A DNA stretch of 53,876 nt, filler included, from Jimgerdemannia flammicorona (lineage: Eukaryota): NCBI GenBank assembly GCA_003990765.1. It is 3 parts of 3 records of this genome, joined end to end, with 100 filler letters (N's around TTAATTAATTAA, not from the genome) between each part and the next. Parts side by side here need not be neighbours in the genome. Positions count along the whole stretch, not along the records: positions 17,994 to 35,885 come from RBNJ01002372.1; 2 more parts are not named here. One strand, written 5' to 3'. Positions 22,722 through 35,662 of the stretch are shown piece after piece. A model generated the notes under the pieces. The model was not told where the DNA came from and did not search any database. It worked only from the letters and a program-made list of their open reading frames with translations. How positions within the stretch are numbered: the stretch's first letter is position 1; every line of letters begins with the position of its first letter. The translations under genes and the position numbers were made by a program.

Positions 22722-25245
22722 TCACTTCTTCTTCTTCCATATTTTCGACACTTCCTTCTGCGTCATGCCACCCAAATTCTTTAGTATATTTTCTGCCGCC
22801 CTCTTGTTGCATTTCTTCGCCACGTCAAGCGGCGTACCGACCTTTTTAGAAAGCGTGACGTTGACGTTCATATCGAATTCATGAATGAGTGCAACAATGA
22901 GTTCGACGTGTCCTCGTTTCGCGGCGTAATGTAATGGTGTCTCTCCATCCTTGTCGCTCACTTCGCAGTTGACCTTCCCTTCGGTTATCAGTATCCGTAC
23001 GCAATCGACTTGGTTGAACCAAGCCGCCCAATGGAGAGCAGTAATGCCTGAAAAAAAGGTGGCGGTTCGGATGAGAAACGATATTGGTAGCAAAAACGAA
23101 ATGGGATAAATGTCATTGGATTTGAAAATGTAGGTGCTTACCTATAGCGTCAGGGATGTTCACCCACCCCAACATTGAAGAGAACTGAATAAGTTGACGT
23201 AAGGCAGCACTGCTACCAGATTCTGCGGCACCAATGAAGGCGGTCTTCTTCCGAGGGCCAACAGCGTTCATAATGCTGCCACGGTATTCCACGAGCAACT
23301 TGATCCCCTCCACAAAGTCCATCTTGGCCGCCAAGAATATAGGAGTCACCTTGTCCTCGTCCGTGGCGCAAAGAGAAACCGCATCGGGGTTCGCTCCAGC
23401 CTGGAGAACGAAGGCCAGGACTTTCACCGACTTGGTGATAATGGCGGCGTGAATCAACCCGTGACCATAGAGGAGTGTTCCTTCGTTCACAGTGGGCTTG
23501 GCAATGTTGGGAGACCCGTTGTTATTGAAGAAGCTTGTAAGGATCTTGATGCGGATTTCTTCGTCTGAGGAGGGGTTGATCATAGTGTTCCAGAGACTGT
23601 TCGGCCCGCCGTATTGCAATGCCTCAGTACGGTGAACCTTGTCTGGGACGTCACCGATGGTGGAAAGCGGTCCGGAGAAACCGCTGCTGACGGTTCCGAG
23701 CGAGCTGACGGACACGTTCTTCGCCGCGTCGTAGACGGAGGGACGGGCGACAATGACGCCACCAAATGGAGCGGAGTGCTGCTGGCTGTAGTCGCCCTTT
23801 TCTTTGTCCGAGGCAGGCCCGAAGGGGAAAGTAATCCTGCGGGCATCTTCCGGGCTCATTGGGATGTGTGGCTCGGCTATGGGAGCTGGTGGATAGGCGG
23901 AGTAGATCGACGATTCGCAGGACCTTGTCCGCGTTAAGAGCAAGGTGGAGAACTCCGACGAGTGACGGTCTCTTTCGACCGTTACTGGTGGTTGTGCTGG
24001 ACTCGCAGGATTGTTATGGAATGAGGTTGTGCGCCATCCGTTGCTGACGTTGATCGGGCGACGTGGTGCTGCTGGGCTCCGATCGCAATCAGAAGTTGAC
24101 TGCCCTACAGACGGGGCTGACGAGACGGATGTAGCGACGCTGCAGTCACTGGATGCAATAGAGTATGCTGTACTCACAGTCGAAGTGCCCGAATCATTCC
24201 TTTCCAACGTTCGGGCGTCCGGGGCTTCGGGCTTTCCAAAGTAGTCATCGACCGTTGTGCGACGTTTTGCTGCCGGTGAGGTAACCATCACTGGCGAAAG
24301 CATGTTGAGGATGTCATCGGTCAAGACATCATGTTCGTGAATCCCGTCAAATTTTTCGTTTGAGTGGTTCGACACAGAGAATGATCGAGCAGGGAATCGA
24401 TCGGAATCTGGTGGTGGTGTCAGCGGCATGGTCATGGCCCTGCTAATGTTCGTTTTTGTAAAGGATTCACCACTATCGCGTTTGTCGGGCTTGATCGTGC
24501 CATACAGTTTCGGCTGAGAAGGCGAGCTGTGCGTCTGATAAGGCGAGCTCTGTGTCTGATAAGGCGAGCTCTGTGTCTGATAAGGCGAGCTCTGTGTCTG
24601 ATAAGGCGAGCTCTGTGTCTGATAAGGCGAGCTCTGTGTCTGATAAGGTGAGCTCTGTGTCTGATAAGGCGAGCTCTGTGTCTGATAAGGCGAGCTCTGT
24701 GTCTGATAAGGCGAGCTCTGTGTCTGATAAGGCGAGCTCTGCGTCTGAGAAGGCGAGCTCTGCGTCTGAGAAGGCGAGCTCTGCGTCTGAGAAGGCGAGC
24801 TCTGCGTCTGAGAAGGTGAGCTCTGCGTCTGAGAAGGCGAGCTCTGCGTCTGAGAAGGCGAGCTCTGCGTCTGAGAAGGCGAGCTCTGCGTCTGAGAAGG
24901 CGAGCTCTGTGTCTGAAGCCTGTCTACCGTGTTTCGAAGTTTAGTGTTCTCCTCGCTTAAATCCTGGAAGACTTTCGTAAACTCCTTGACAAGTGAGCTC
25001 AAGCTATGGTCGATCACCGGTCGCAACTCCGGGTCCGCATCTAGCGACCCAACTAAGCGACGGAGTATGGCCTCCTGAAGCGCTACGGACGAAGGTAGAG
25101 AGTATGTCGTCTTTGGTATTTCGGCCATGGCGACTATATTGAAGGAATGAAATAATTGAGTTTCATGCAACTTACACCATACAATTAATTGCCCGGCGGA
25201 GTTCGCTGTAAAGGGGTTTGTTGTAAAAAAGGAGGGAAGCTTCAT
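22722..25245 (-). CDS. Ankyrin-repeat protein with N-terminal coiled coil, 19x heptad repeat and S/P-rich disordered region
   Basis: Long ORF 23113-25245 spliced (intron 23048-23141, GT-AG) to 22722-23047; ankyrin motifs TPIFLAAK, GITALHWAA, DGETPLHYAAKRGH, TPLDVA; start may be 25128 (MAEIP). Confidence 0.88.
24517..24915 (-). repeat. Coding 21-bp tandem repeat x19 (QTQSSP[S/Y])
   Basis: 399 bp = 19 x 21; 8 QTQSSPS, 10 QTQSSPY and 1 QTHSSPS. Confidence 0.97.
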
Positions 25246-26727
25246 ACCTGATGATTGATGGGAAAGGATGGTCGGATTGTTGGCGATGGTGTATTAGAGT
25301 GGGTGTGCTAACGGGGTTCTCCTGCGAGACGTTCAACCAGAGGAGGCAGTACTATGGGTCAAGGGTGAACGAGAGCCCGGTTATTGCAAAGAGGAGATAA
25401 TTATGGACGATCGTGTCATCTGGCGGATTTTGTAATTATGGGTGTCAATCTCGTGCGTAATCCAGCTGTGTCACGACGTCCGGCATTCCCCAAGATAAAG
25501 CATCCGATACATCCACTTCGTCCGTATTGGCGAGGGGCTTTTGCACACGATTGCCGTTTTTCATTCCTGGTGCGACAAAAGCTGGTTGAATGTGGCGGGT
25601 AGGCGGGTACCAGTTGGTGTGGCGTGCAGGTTGGTTTCCTTTGGCGTGCAAAGTTACTGTCTCTAGATCTCCAGAACGTGCACATGCTCAAGTCTTGATC
25701 CGTCTTGACCAGGGGTTTTGTGTGTAACTGGTCGCAAAACTCTGACCAGAAAAGTCACAGTGACACTTAAGTAATATTTTTCGGGGTACGCCACAGAAAC
25801 TTTCCTTATTGCGATGGTACCATTCAAAGATTGCCACACACAGCCGGGTCAAGCGACTTGTTTGTTTGGGGTTGTGCCGAGAACCATACACCAAACTCAC
25901 CAGGTGCAGGAAACGCCTTTCAAAAAATAAATAAAAATAAAAATACCTCCCGATTTTACCACAGATAGCTCTGGGAATTTTAGGAACAAAGTTCATGTGG
26001 TCGCTACGACATTCGGACGTGACATCAGTCCTGTGACCATATTGATATCTGTTGAATTTTATTGCTTACCTGAACAGTCGCGCAGGTTTATTGAACTTTA
26101 GCTTACATAAAATCTGGCCCGATAATCTCCACCCTAAATATATATATATATATATATATTATGCTTTTTCGTAATTATGTACTTAGCACGCTTTGTCTAA
26201 AAGTATGTTATCGCGTTCGTTTTTCGTTTCGTGTCGATAGAACTTACAATTTCGAGTAAAAAGAAGGGGCTTGGATATCCCTATTAAAAAGGGGCTGATA
26301 CCTCCCCTAGACTATAATAGTTCTCCCGTCTTCGTGTTCTCTGTTTTTCCGTCCACGTTCGCACGCACCCTGGTTTTCCTCAATTTGGTTTTCGAGACCC
26401 TTCAATCTCGTGGCTGGATCGTAGGGGGGTCTGAAATATATATATATATATATATATATAATAAATTACCATTTTTTGCACCAAGTGACTTAATATAAAG
26501 GTGTGCCATATTTGTTTGCCATTGACAATGTGCTGTTTGTCCTTTTCCTCTGAAGGGCTCCATCACAGCTATTATTATCAACTCAACCACCCCACGTTAG
26601 TATTTCATGGAGGGCTGTGAGAGATCACGCGTCCTGCGGCTCGGCAGTTCCTCAATTCGACTAGCTTGCGGAAGCCTTCAGTGGATTTATAAGGTGGCTT
26701 TGGTCAGAAAAAATATATGTAGCGAAA

Positions 26728-26803
<76 letters not shown>

Positions 26804-27329
26804 CGATCCCATCTGAAAGGGTGCAGATCACTTTGATCGTTTTGAGGCGAAAAAAACAACAATAAACAATTTAATGTAGTACACTTAAGTAAGGGGCGGT
26901 GGATCGGCATTTGGAGCGAGAAGGACTTCCGAGTGAATGATGTTTGGGTATAATATAAAGGAGTGGAAAATAATGTGAAACGTCCTGGCTTGTACTGTAC
27001 GGAGAGTCGGTTAGATATATCTTCTTACTAAAATATCCATAAAAATCAATGATATGCGTGCTCAGTGATGGTAACGAAGCAAAGTCAAAGATAATTTTCT
27101 AAAAATAAGTGAATAGAGATCAATATTGATGATGGAAGAGATCAACAAAGTCTGTGAGGTTATGACGTCTATGAGATTATGTGATCTATGAGTTTATGAG
27201 TATGAGTTTATAAAGATCTAGCTGGAAATTATTAATATGCGGGAAAATCTTCCTCTCTCTCTCTGTCTCCTTCTATTACTGTTGCACGCGATGCTAAACC
27301 TCAGTCATCGAATTATATCTGAGCGAAAT

Positions 27330-28729
27330 TTACCCACAGACATTTGTAGGGCGATCTGGACCTTCGGAAATCGTCAACTGTCGTGTATAATTGATCAATT
27401 GTTCGCGGGTGTAGTATTGACTTCGGCTTGGCGATGTCAATTTTGATCGGAAGGATCCAGGCTGGTCGAAGAATTCGAAGCCGCTGGACAGGTTTCCAGC
27501 GGCAAGGTTCGCCTCGTACGCGGCCATACGTTGCATGACGTACATCCTGGTGCCAGGCATCAGCTGGTTTCTGAACCGCTTTCTGAATTTGGCTATGAGA
27601 GGATTCAAGATACCAAGCTGTGTGTCAGGCTTGAACTTTACGACCATGTCCCACAGAGTATTGACCACAGAATCAATCTTGGGACGTTCCGCTGGATGAC
27701 GACGCCAGCACTGCTCAATGAGGCGTCTATACTCGACGGGAGTGTCTGGTGGGAATTCTTCGCGCAGGCCGTCGGGGCCCATGGACTCGTAGGCGGTCTT
27801 CCGAGGAGGGACCCTGCAGAGGAGCTGCCATAGGATGGTTCCGATGCAGTAGACGTCCGACTCCATTGTGTAAGGTTTTCCTTCAAACATCTCCGGCGGA
27901 AGATAAGCGAGACGGCCGAAGATGCTGTTGTCGTCGCCGTCCGAGTTTTGTGATCTACATACAGCCTTCCCTAGCCCAATATCGATGAGAACCATCATGG
28001 TCGCGTTCCTGTGCTTCGCCAGGACGTTGCCGGGGTGTAAGTCGTTGTGGGTCAGACCAATGTCGTGGATGTGGCGTAACGCTGAGCAGATGTAGAAGGC
28101 CCTCGTGTAGAGATCGTGCAGTGATTCGAACTTGACAGACTGGTCTGATAGGATTTGTTCTAGGTTACCACCGGATGCGTACTCCATAACCATGAGATAC
28201 TGAACGTCATATTTGGAGAGGCCAACAAGCGATAACCCTAGTTCGGAGGAATCGGTACGTGACGACACAATTGCAGTCAACACGAGCTGCACGTTTGCAC
28301 GTCCATAATAAAGGGAGAAAAACATAAATAATGAAAATGTGAAAGGAAGCCCTCGAAGCAAGAAAGCCATCAGAATGCAAACAATACCTCCTGGAGCAAT
28401 TCCATACTCATCTCTTTCAGAACAAAAGTGCGTCCACCAATATAGTCGTTTGCGGCCCAGATAGTCGCAAAGCCTCCTTTGCACAAGAGTCTTACATTGA
28501 GAAACCGCTCGAAAGGTATCCACATTAGAAAATCCGAAAGCTCGAGCAGATTTAGATACTCGAGGTGTTGTCTGAGAGTGTCGGAGGTATCACTATGCCA
28601 GCCGCTCTTCCATGCCAAGATCTTCCGCTGGCAGGATTGCGGAAGCTCGTCGAACGGTTTCAAGAGGGCCTTGGCCTCTTGCAGACGGACATTATTCAAC
28701 TGGTGCAGGATAGGTGCTGGCGACGCCAT
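27330..28729 (-). CDS. Protein kinase (TKL-like expanded fungal family), ~432 aa, 2 exons
   Basis: Exons 28388-28729 and 27330-28286 (intron 28287-28387, GT-AG); WIPF..KGGFATIW, FVLKE, MEYASGGNL, HNDLHPGN, DIG, YLPPE, SDVYCIG, CW...P.ERP. Confidence 0.9.
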
Positions 28730-29699
28730 TGTGTGGATGAAGGTGTGATGGTCGTTCGGCAGGGTGGTTGCTGCGGAGGATCAGTGAGGAGATTGTGAGG
28801 GCGGATTGTCTGACAAAACCGTCAAAACGTCGGGTCCGTGTGTGATGTTGGTCAGGGAATATCACATGGTAATTAGTGTCGGAGTTGGCCAGAATGCCAC
28901 ACCAAGAATCGAAAAGGTGAATGACCTCGTGTAGGTAATCAGCATGGTAATTAATATCAGAGTTGGCCAAAATGCCACACCAAGAATCGAAAAGGCGAAT
29001 GACCTCGTGTAGGTAACTGAATTGGTTTCGATAGTCCCAATTATCGATCGATTTGCATTGGGTATTGTATTGTTAATTACCTCACCAATGTAGGAGCAGT
29101 TCGACTCTGTAACCGCAGTATCGAAGTCGCCGAAAGCATCTTGTACAGGGTGAATGACATTCGTGACCTAGAAACGAAACGGAAGACGTCGCGAAAGAGA
29201 TATGGAACATGATGACGGAAAAGATAGGGTAGAAGATATCGAGCTGACTTGATAATCCTTCATCTGCTGTGGGAATCACGTTCAATTGTTAGTGGCCGTT
29301 TGGCAATTCCTCAAATTCGGCTAGCTTGCTAAATGCGACACAAAAAAAAAAAAGCTCTATCCTTCTGAGACGAAAAACAATAATAAATAACTTAATGTAG
29401 TACAGCGAAGGGGGCAGCGGAGCGAAAAGGAAACACGGATGACTTCTGAGATGAAGGATTTAGGGGATATGTACAGTATAAAGGAGTGGGAAATAATGTA
29501 TCTTTAGTGTGCACGGAGAATCGCCAATTCCGGTTAGATATATATATCTTTTTATGATAAGAGTGCTGGAATATCTATCAACATCAAAGTATGTGCGCTC
29601 AATGATATTGATAATGTAATGCAAAAGTATAGTACATATGGATCCAATGAAATCTGTGAGGCTTATGAGTTTATGAAGCCTTCTCTCTATCGCGATGCC

Positions 29700-30572
29700 G
29701 GACCAGTCACTGATTTGTAGGGTTTCCTCAACTGTCACGTGTAATTGATCAATTCGGTGGTGGCAATTTTGATCGGATGAATCGAAGAATTCGACGGTTT
29801 TCAGCGGCAAGGTTCGCCTCGTGTGCGGCCATCCGTTGCATGATGTACATCCTGGTGCCAGGCATCAGCTGGTTTCTGAACCGCTTTCTGAATTTGCAAG
29901 CTGTGCGTCAGGCTTGAACTTTACAGCCATGTGGGTCAGACCAATGTCGTGGATGCGGCGTAACGCTGAGCAGATGTAGAAGGCCCTCATGTAGAGATCG
30001 TGCAATGATTCGAACTTGACGGATTGGTCTGACAGGATTTGTTCTAGGTTACCACCGGATGCGTACTCCATAACCATGAGATATTGATCGTTATATTTGG
30101 AGAGGCCAACAAGCGATAATCCTAGCTCGGAGAGATCGGTACGTGATGATACAGTTGCGGTCAACACGAGCTGCATGTTGCACGTCATAATAAAGGAAGA
30201 AAAACACACATGATGAGAATACATTTGAAGCAAACATCTGGTCAAAAAAGCCATCAGACGAACATTACCTCCTGGAACAATTCCATGCTCACCTCTTTCA
30301 TAACAAAAGTCAGCGAATAATAGTGTGCGGCCCAGATAGTCGCAAAGCCTCCTTTGCACAAGAACCTCATATCGGAAAGCCACTCGACAGGTTTCCACAC
30401 TAAAAAAATCCGAAAGCTCGAGCAGATTCAGATACTCGAGGTGTTGTCTGAGAGTGTCAGAGGATCTTCCGCTGGCAGGATTGCGGAGCTCGTCGAATGG
30501 TTTCAAGAGGGCCTTGACCTCTTGCAAACGAGCATGATTTAACTGGTGCCGGATAGGCGCAGGCGACGCCAT
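29700..30572 (-). pseudogene. Decayed tandem duplicate of the kinase gene
   Basis: Colinear with 27330-28729 including the intron; exon-1 frameshifts and a ~399-bp deletion removing the catalytic loop to subdomain XI. Confidence 0.88.
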
Positions 30573-31279
30573 CGTGTGGGCGAAGGTGTGATGGTCGTTC
30601 GTCAGGGTGGTTGTTGCGGAGGGTGTCGAGGAGGCAATGCAAATCGATTGGGACTATCGAAACTAATTGGTAGCCTACGCAAGGTCATTTACCTTTTCGA
30701 TTCTTTGTGAGGCATTCCGATATAAAAGCAACTTTGTTCTAAGTTTAGGTCGTCGCCAAAGCCATGCGGAACTCCCTTACCACCATCTCCGTCACGCACG
30801 CACGGACCCGACGTTTTGATGGTTCTGTCGGGCTATCCGATTGTGGGAGCGGTTCGACTCTGTAACCGCAGGATCAAAGTCGCCGACAGCAGCATCTTGT
30901 GCAGGGTGAATGTCATTTGCGACCTATCTGGATAGCCAGGAAGGCGGGAGGACAGCGAAAAATGGAACGGAAGACGTCGCCAGGCTATGAAGAACGGCAT
31001 CAGTAGCGGCTATGTCGTGCCAGGTTCGGGGCGCCGGCGTGCAATACGTTAGAGCTGTGGAGTTGAGCGGAGGAGGGGAGGCGAGCGTTTTGATAGCCAG
31101 ATGAGGGATCCGTTTACGAAAGAAACCTGGTTCACGATTTCACGCTATCCCCCCAGTTATGAGAGATCGCACAAGAGAGCTACAAGCGGTCTTGCCCAAC
31201 TCGTCCTCACCCCTACCCCTCTTTGCCTTCGTCCCTCATTCGCCCCCCTCATTCGCACATGCGAGGAGAGATTTCAATA

Positions 31280-34200
31280 TAGTATATAATAAGTGATTGG
31301 ATAGATCTGATGGTAGAATAGAAGTGGCTCTATCTCTAGAGTTGGCAAGATGACTGGAGGTAGAAAGAAAGATGGGTTTGATAGATAGTATTTGGCAGCA
31401 ACCACTGCTCCTTTCTCTACTACTATATTGGTCACAAGGTTTTGGCAGGCAACCTTCCAAATCCCCTTTCCCTTCTTTTACCCCCTCTACCTCAGGTTGG
31501 TTTGCTGTACCTATAAGGGCATGGTGAGAAGGAGACAATGGTGATGAGTTGCTCCTTTATCAGTGTCAGATTAGTACTTTCTTTATCTTTTCATAGTTTC
31601 TAGTATCTCTGGCTACATCTGAGGTATATTCATTTTGGTACAGTGCCTTTTTTCTTTTGCCATTGTCAATAATATATTATCTCAGTATGTCACAGATTAT
31701 ATAGAGAGTCAGCTGATCTTGGATATCAAGTACCAGTATAGGTTACCTGCAGGTCCTTAGTATTTATAGTGGAACTTTCTAAGTTTTGACTAAGTATAGT
31801 TCTGGTATAGATAACTGTTTCTTGGGTGAGGTCAGAATGGAAGAGGAGATGGCCATTACAGATAAGTAGAAGGATAATTACAGTAGACCAGTCAGATGTC
31901 AGGCTAGTGATAGTTATTGAGACTGAGACAGATACTGTATTGGTGGGGCCTTCTAATTGATATAGGATGGTTAGATAATAAATATCACTCTTGACTACTT
32001 TTAGTAATATATAGAGTTGGGCTCTAGTTATTAGAGATAGTTAGGGGGCCCAAGACTATCTGGATCAGATATCTTAGCTATACTTAACTGAAACTAAGAG
32101 CTGATATAGTAATATAATTGAGGGCTCCTTTTTTTACTATCTTACTAGTTACAATAATTTGATAGGTAACCTTTTGAGTCTACTTTTCATAATTAATACC
32201 CCCTCTATCTTAAGTTAGTTTACTGTACCTATTGTAGGGTAGTAGAAAAGAGACAATAGTGATGAGTTATCTCTTTATTGATATTAGATCAGTATCTTCT
32301 CTACTTTTTTATAGTTTCTAGTACCTTTAACTATATCTAGAGTATACTTATTTTGGTGTGGCACCTTCTTCCTTTTGCTATTATCAATAAGGTATCATTT
32401 CAGTATATTATAAGTTATATAGAGAGTTGATTGACCTTGAGTATTAAGTGTCCAGTATAGGTTATCTACAGGTTCTCAGTATCTATAGTGAGATCCTCTG
32501 GCTTTGGCAAGTTTCCTGGCAAGTACAGTTCTGGCATAGGTGACTGTTTTTCAGATGATGTCAGGATGAGAGAGGAGATAACTATCATAGATAGGAGAAA
32601 GAGTGATAACAGTGAACCAGTAGAATATCAGACTGAAGATAGTTATCAGGGCTGGGGCAGGTACTACTTCAGTGGGACCTTTTAATTGATACAGAGTAGT
32701 TAGGTAGTAGATATCACTTACAGCTTCTTTTGGTAATTTATAGAGTTGAGTCCTAGTTATTGGAGAAGATTAGGGGGTCTGAGGCTATCCATTTCAGATA
32801 TCTTAACTATACTCAACTGAAACTAAGAGCTGATATATGTAGTAATATGATCAAGGCCTGTAGACTTGAGTAGTGGAATATTGAGGGTCTCCTCCTATCT
32901 CATATATAAGTTCTTTACTTATCTTATCTGGAAGAACCAGGCCCTATCTATTATGATATACTTTGATGAGAGTTTTTTCTTTATCTCTCATTCTCCTTAA
33001 AGTGACAGAGACTATTCTATTTAGCTCAAGTATGTTCTTATATATATATTGGAGTTTTGGATATATACTTTCAGTCATTGGCATATGGTTGAGTTCTCCC
33101 TGGTAATAGAGAGAGTATAGTATATAGAATAAGGTACAGACTATTATAGATGAGGAGGAGGAAGGCCCAGTGGGAGCCAAGAGAGCAAACCTAGAGTCAG
33201 TATCAAAGCAAATGGAAGACATATAGAAAGGCATGTATAAGGGGGATGAATAAAGAATGTAACTGAAAATGTATCAGCCGTTTATTGCCACATAAAAACA
33301 TGGTCCTTATATATAAAATATGACATCTCAAAAGAGAGGACACACTACAACTTAGGGTGAACCAAATTAGGAACCACATGACCACCAGAGATAGGCAGAG
33401 ATAAAGGGGATTAACTCTCCTTTTATCTCTACCTATCTCTGGCAGTCATGTGGTTCCTAATTTGGTTTGCCCCGAGTTGTGGCACATTCTCCCTTTTGGG
33501 ACGTCATATTTTGTATATAAGGACCACATTTTTATATGGCAATAAATAGCTGATGTATTTTTGGTTATATTCTTTATTTGTCTCTCTTATATATGCCTTT
33601 TTACATATCTTCTATTTGCTTTGACACTGGCTCTGGGTTCACTCCCTTGGCTCCCACTGGGCCTTTCTCCTCCTCTTATATATATGTTGGAGTTTTGAAT
33701 ATGTACTTTCAGTCATTGGCATATGGCTGAGTTCTCCCTGGTAATAGAGAGAGTATAGTATATAGAATAAGGTACAGACTGTTACAGACTTTTCTGTATC
33801 TGATATAGTCAAGCTACTAGATAATAGCTAGTCTAGATTTAATGGAGGAATGATACTTAATGAGTAGTAAGAGAGAGTTTTAGCCTATATAGTCTAGATT
33901 CTCTTCTAATAAAAATCTGTGGAACTCTGAGTCTATAAAATAAAAAAAAATAAAAAAAGCAATATAATTGAGATCTACAGGCTTGAGTAGTGGGGTATTG
34001 GTGATCTCCTCTCATCTCATGTATAAGTTCTCTACTCACCGCATTAAGGAGAACCAGATCCTATCCATCATTCTGTATTTTGAAGAGAGTTTTTCTTTAT
34101 CTATCACTCTACTTGAGATAGTAGAAACTATTTTATTTGACTTGGATATAGTCTTATATATATATATATATTGGGGTTTCAGATATATACTTTTAATTAT

Positions 34201-34430
34201 TGACATATGGTTACTTTCTCTCTAATAATAGAGAGAGTATAGTATACAGAATGAGATGTAGGCTAATATAAGCTCTACTATACCCAGTATAGTTAAGTTA
34301 CTAGATAATAGCTAGTCTAGATTTAATAGAGATATAGTGCTCAGGAAGTGGTGAGGAAGAGTTTTGGCCTATATAGTCTAGATTTTCTTTCAATAAAAAT
34401 CTATGAGACTTTGAGTCTATTAAAAAAAAT
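31280..34430 (+). mobile_element. Cluster of three family-C retroposon copies (~31280-32120, ~32125-33960, ~33960-34430)
   Basis: Reverse-complement matches to 3709-4873; AATAAAAATCT...GAGTCTAT plus A tails at ~33908-33958 and ~34392-34429. Confidence 0.82.
33152..33675. repeat. ~524-bp near-perfect palindrome (foldback element) centred on TTAA at ~33411
   Basis: GAGGAGGAGGAAGGCCCAGTGGGAGCCAAG... mirrored by ...CTTGGCTCCCACTGGGCCTTTCTCCTCCTC; arms ~260 bp with almost no loop. Confidence 0.93.
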
Positions 34431-34439
34431 ATATATATA

Positions 34440-35660
34440 TATATTTGGCAGAAAAATGAAAAGAGACTAGATCTTTTACAAGATGATATAAGATTAGTTA
34501 TAGTATAGTTGAAACTCATATTGATTGAGTATTGATAGATAAATATTGAAGAAATATATTGAATATAGTTGAGATTAAGTAGTACTCTTAGTCTGATAAT
34601 TAGAGAGTAGAGATTTAGAGACTATTTGGAGTCTTAAAGGATAGTAGTGATAGATAGAGATTAAATATTTTTTTTTTAAAGAGAAAGATGAAGAGGAAAA
34701 GATTTGTAAAGAAGGTTAGAAGAGATATAGATCAGTAGTAAGTAAAGAAGAGATCTATTAAAAAATAGTAAGTTAGTTTAAATATTTTTACAGAGACTTT
34801 TTAGAAAAATATTAAAGAAGTAACTGAAAAGAAGTAACAGGATAAAGAGAGATAAGTGAAAAGAAGATTGAAGTAGAGATTGAGGAGAATTGCTAAACAA
34901 AAAAATAAAAAAGCTATAGATAAAATTGAAGACTAAAAGAAATAAAATAATAAAAAATCTATTAGTGAGACTATATATAATAAAACTGAAGAAAGATAAG
35001 AGATCAATGAATATCTATTTAATATACTAAGAATTAGAGAGATGAGATAGAGTTGGTCTATAGTATTATATATGAGATAATAGAAAAAAGATTGTAAAGA
35101 TTAGAGAGATACTTATAAAGATTTCTAACTAATAAAAAATATTATAAAAAGATAATAGAGAAGAGAGTGTTGATAGTTTAGTGAGAACTATAGAGGATAG
35201 TTTTTAGATATTAATAAGTAAAGAGAATATAAGAGCTAGATAGATAGATATTATACTAAATAACTTTAGAAGAGATTGAGGAGATTCTGAAGAAGATTCA
35301 GATAGACTTCTCATCTAGAGTAAATAAATTACCTTAAGAGTTTTGGATGAAATTTTATATTAAGTTTGAGAGATAACTAATAGAGATAATAAATAGATAA
35401 AGAATAGCTCTTTAAAGTAAATATCTTTGATCTATAAAGAGAAGTATAATAAGAGAGTATAGAGAAACTAGAAACTAATTATATTGTTAAATATAGATAA
35501 GAAGTTAATATTGAAAATCTTAATAATAAGATTATAGAGATAAATAATATATTGATTAATAAGAAGTAAAGATATTTTATTAAGATAAAGTAGATTTAGA
35601 ATAATATATATAATCTGAGTATAAAATATATTAAAGAGCTACTAAAGTAGGAGAATAGAT
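34440..35660 (+). mobile_element. Extremely AT-eroded TE remnant, possibly LINE
   Basis: A/G-skewed, C-poor strand with no CpG; motifs not securely readable. Confidence 0.3.
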
Positions 35661-35662
35661 AT

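Noticed and set aside
24517..24944. 21-bp array as CRISPR, and the plus-strand 130-aa ORF
   Set aside because: No spacers; the array is in frame in the minus-strand ankyrin gene and the plus ORF is its shadow
26729..26800. 72-nt poly(A) as a retrocopy tail
   Set aside because: A shorter A run is at the same position in the duplicate unit (~29342), the adjacent kinase keeps its intron and is on the opposite strand; the length is probably inflated
29865..30572. 235-aa ORF as a functional truncated kinase
   Set aside because: Reads through frameshifted exon 1 and the intron; catalytic loop deleted
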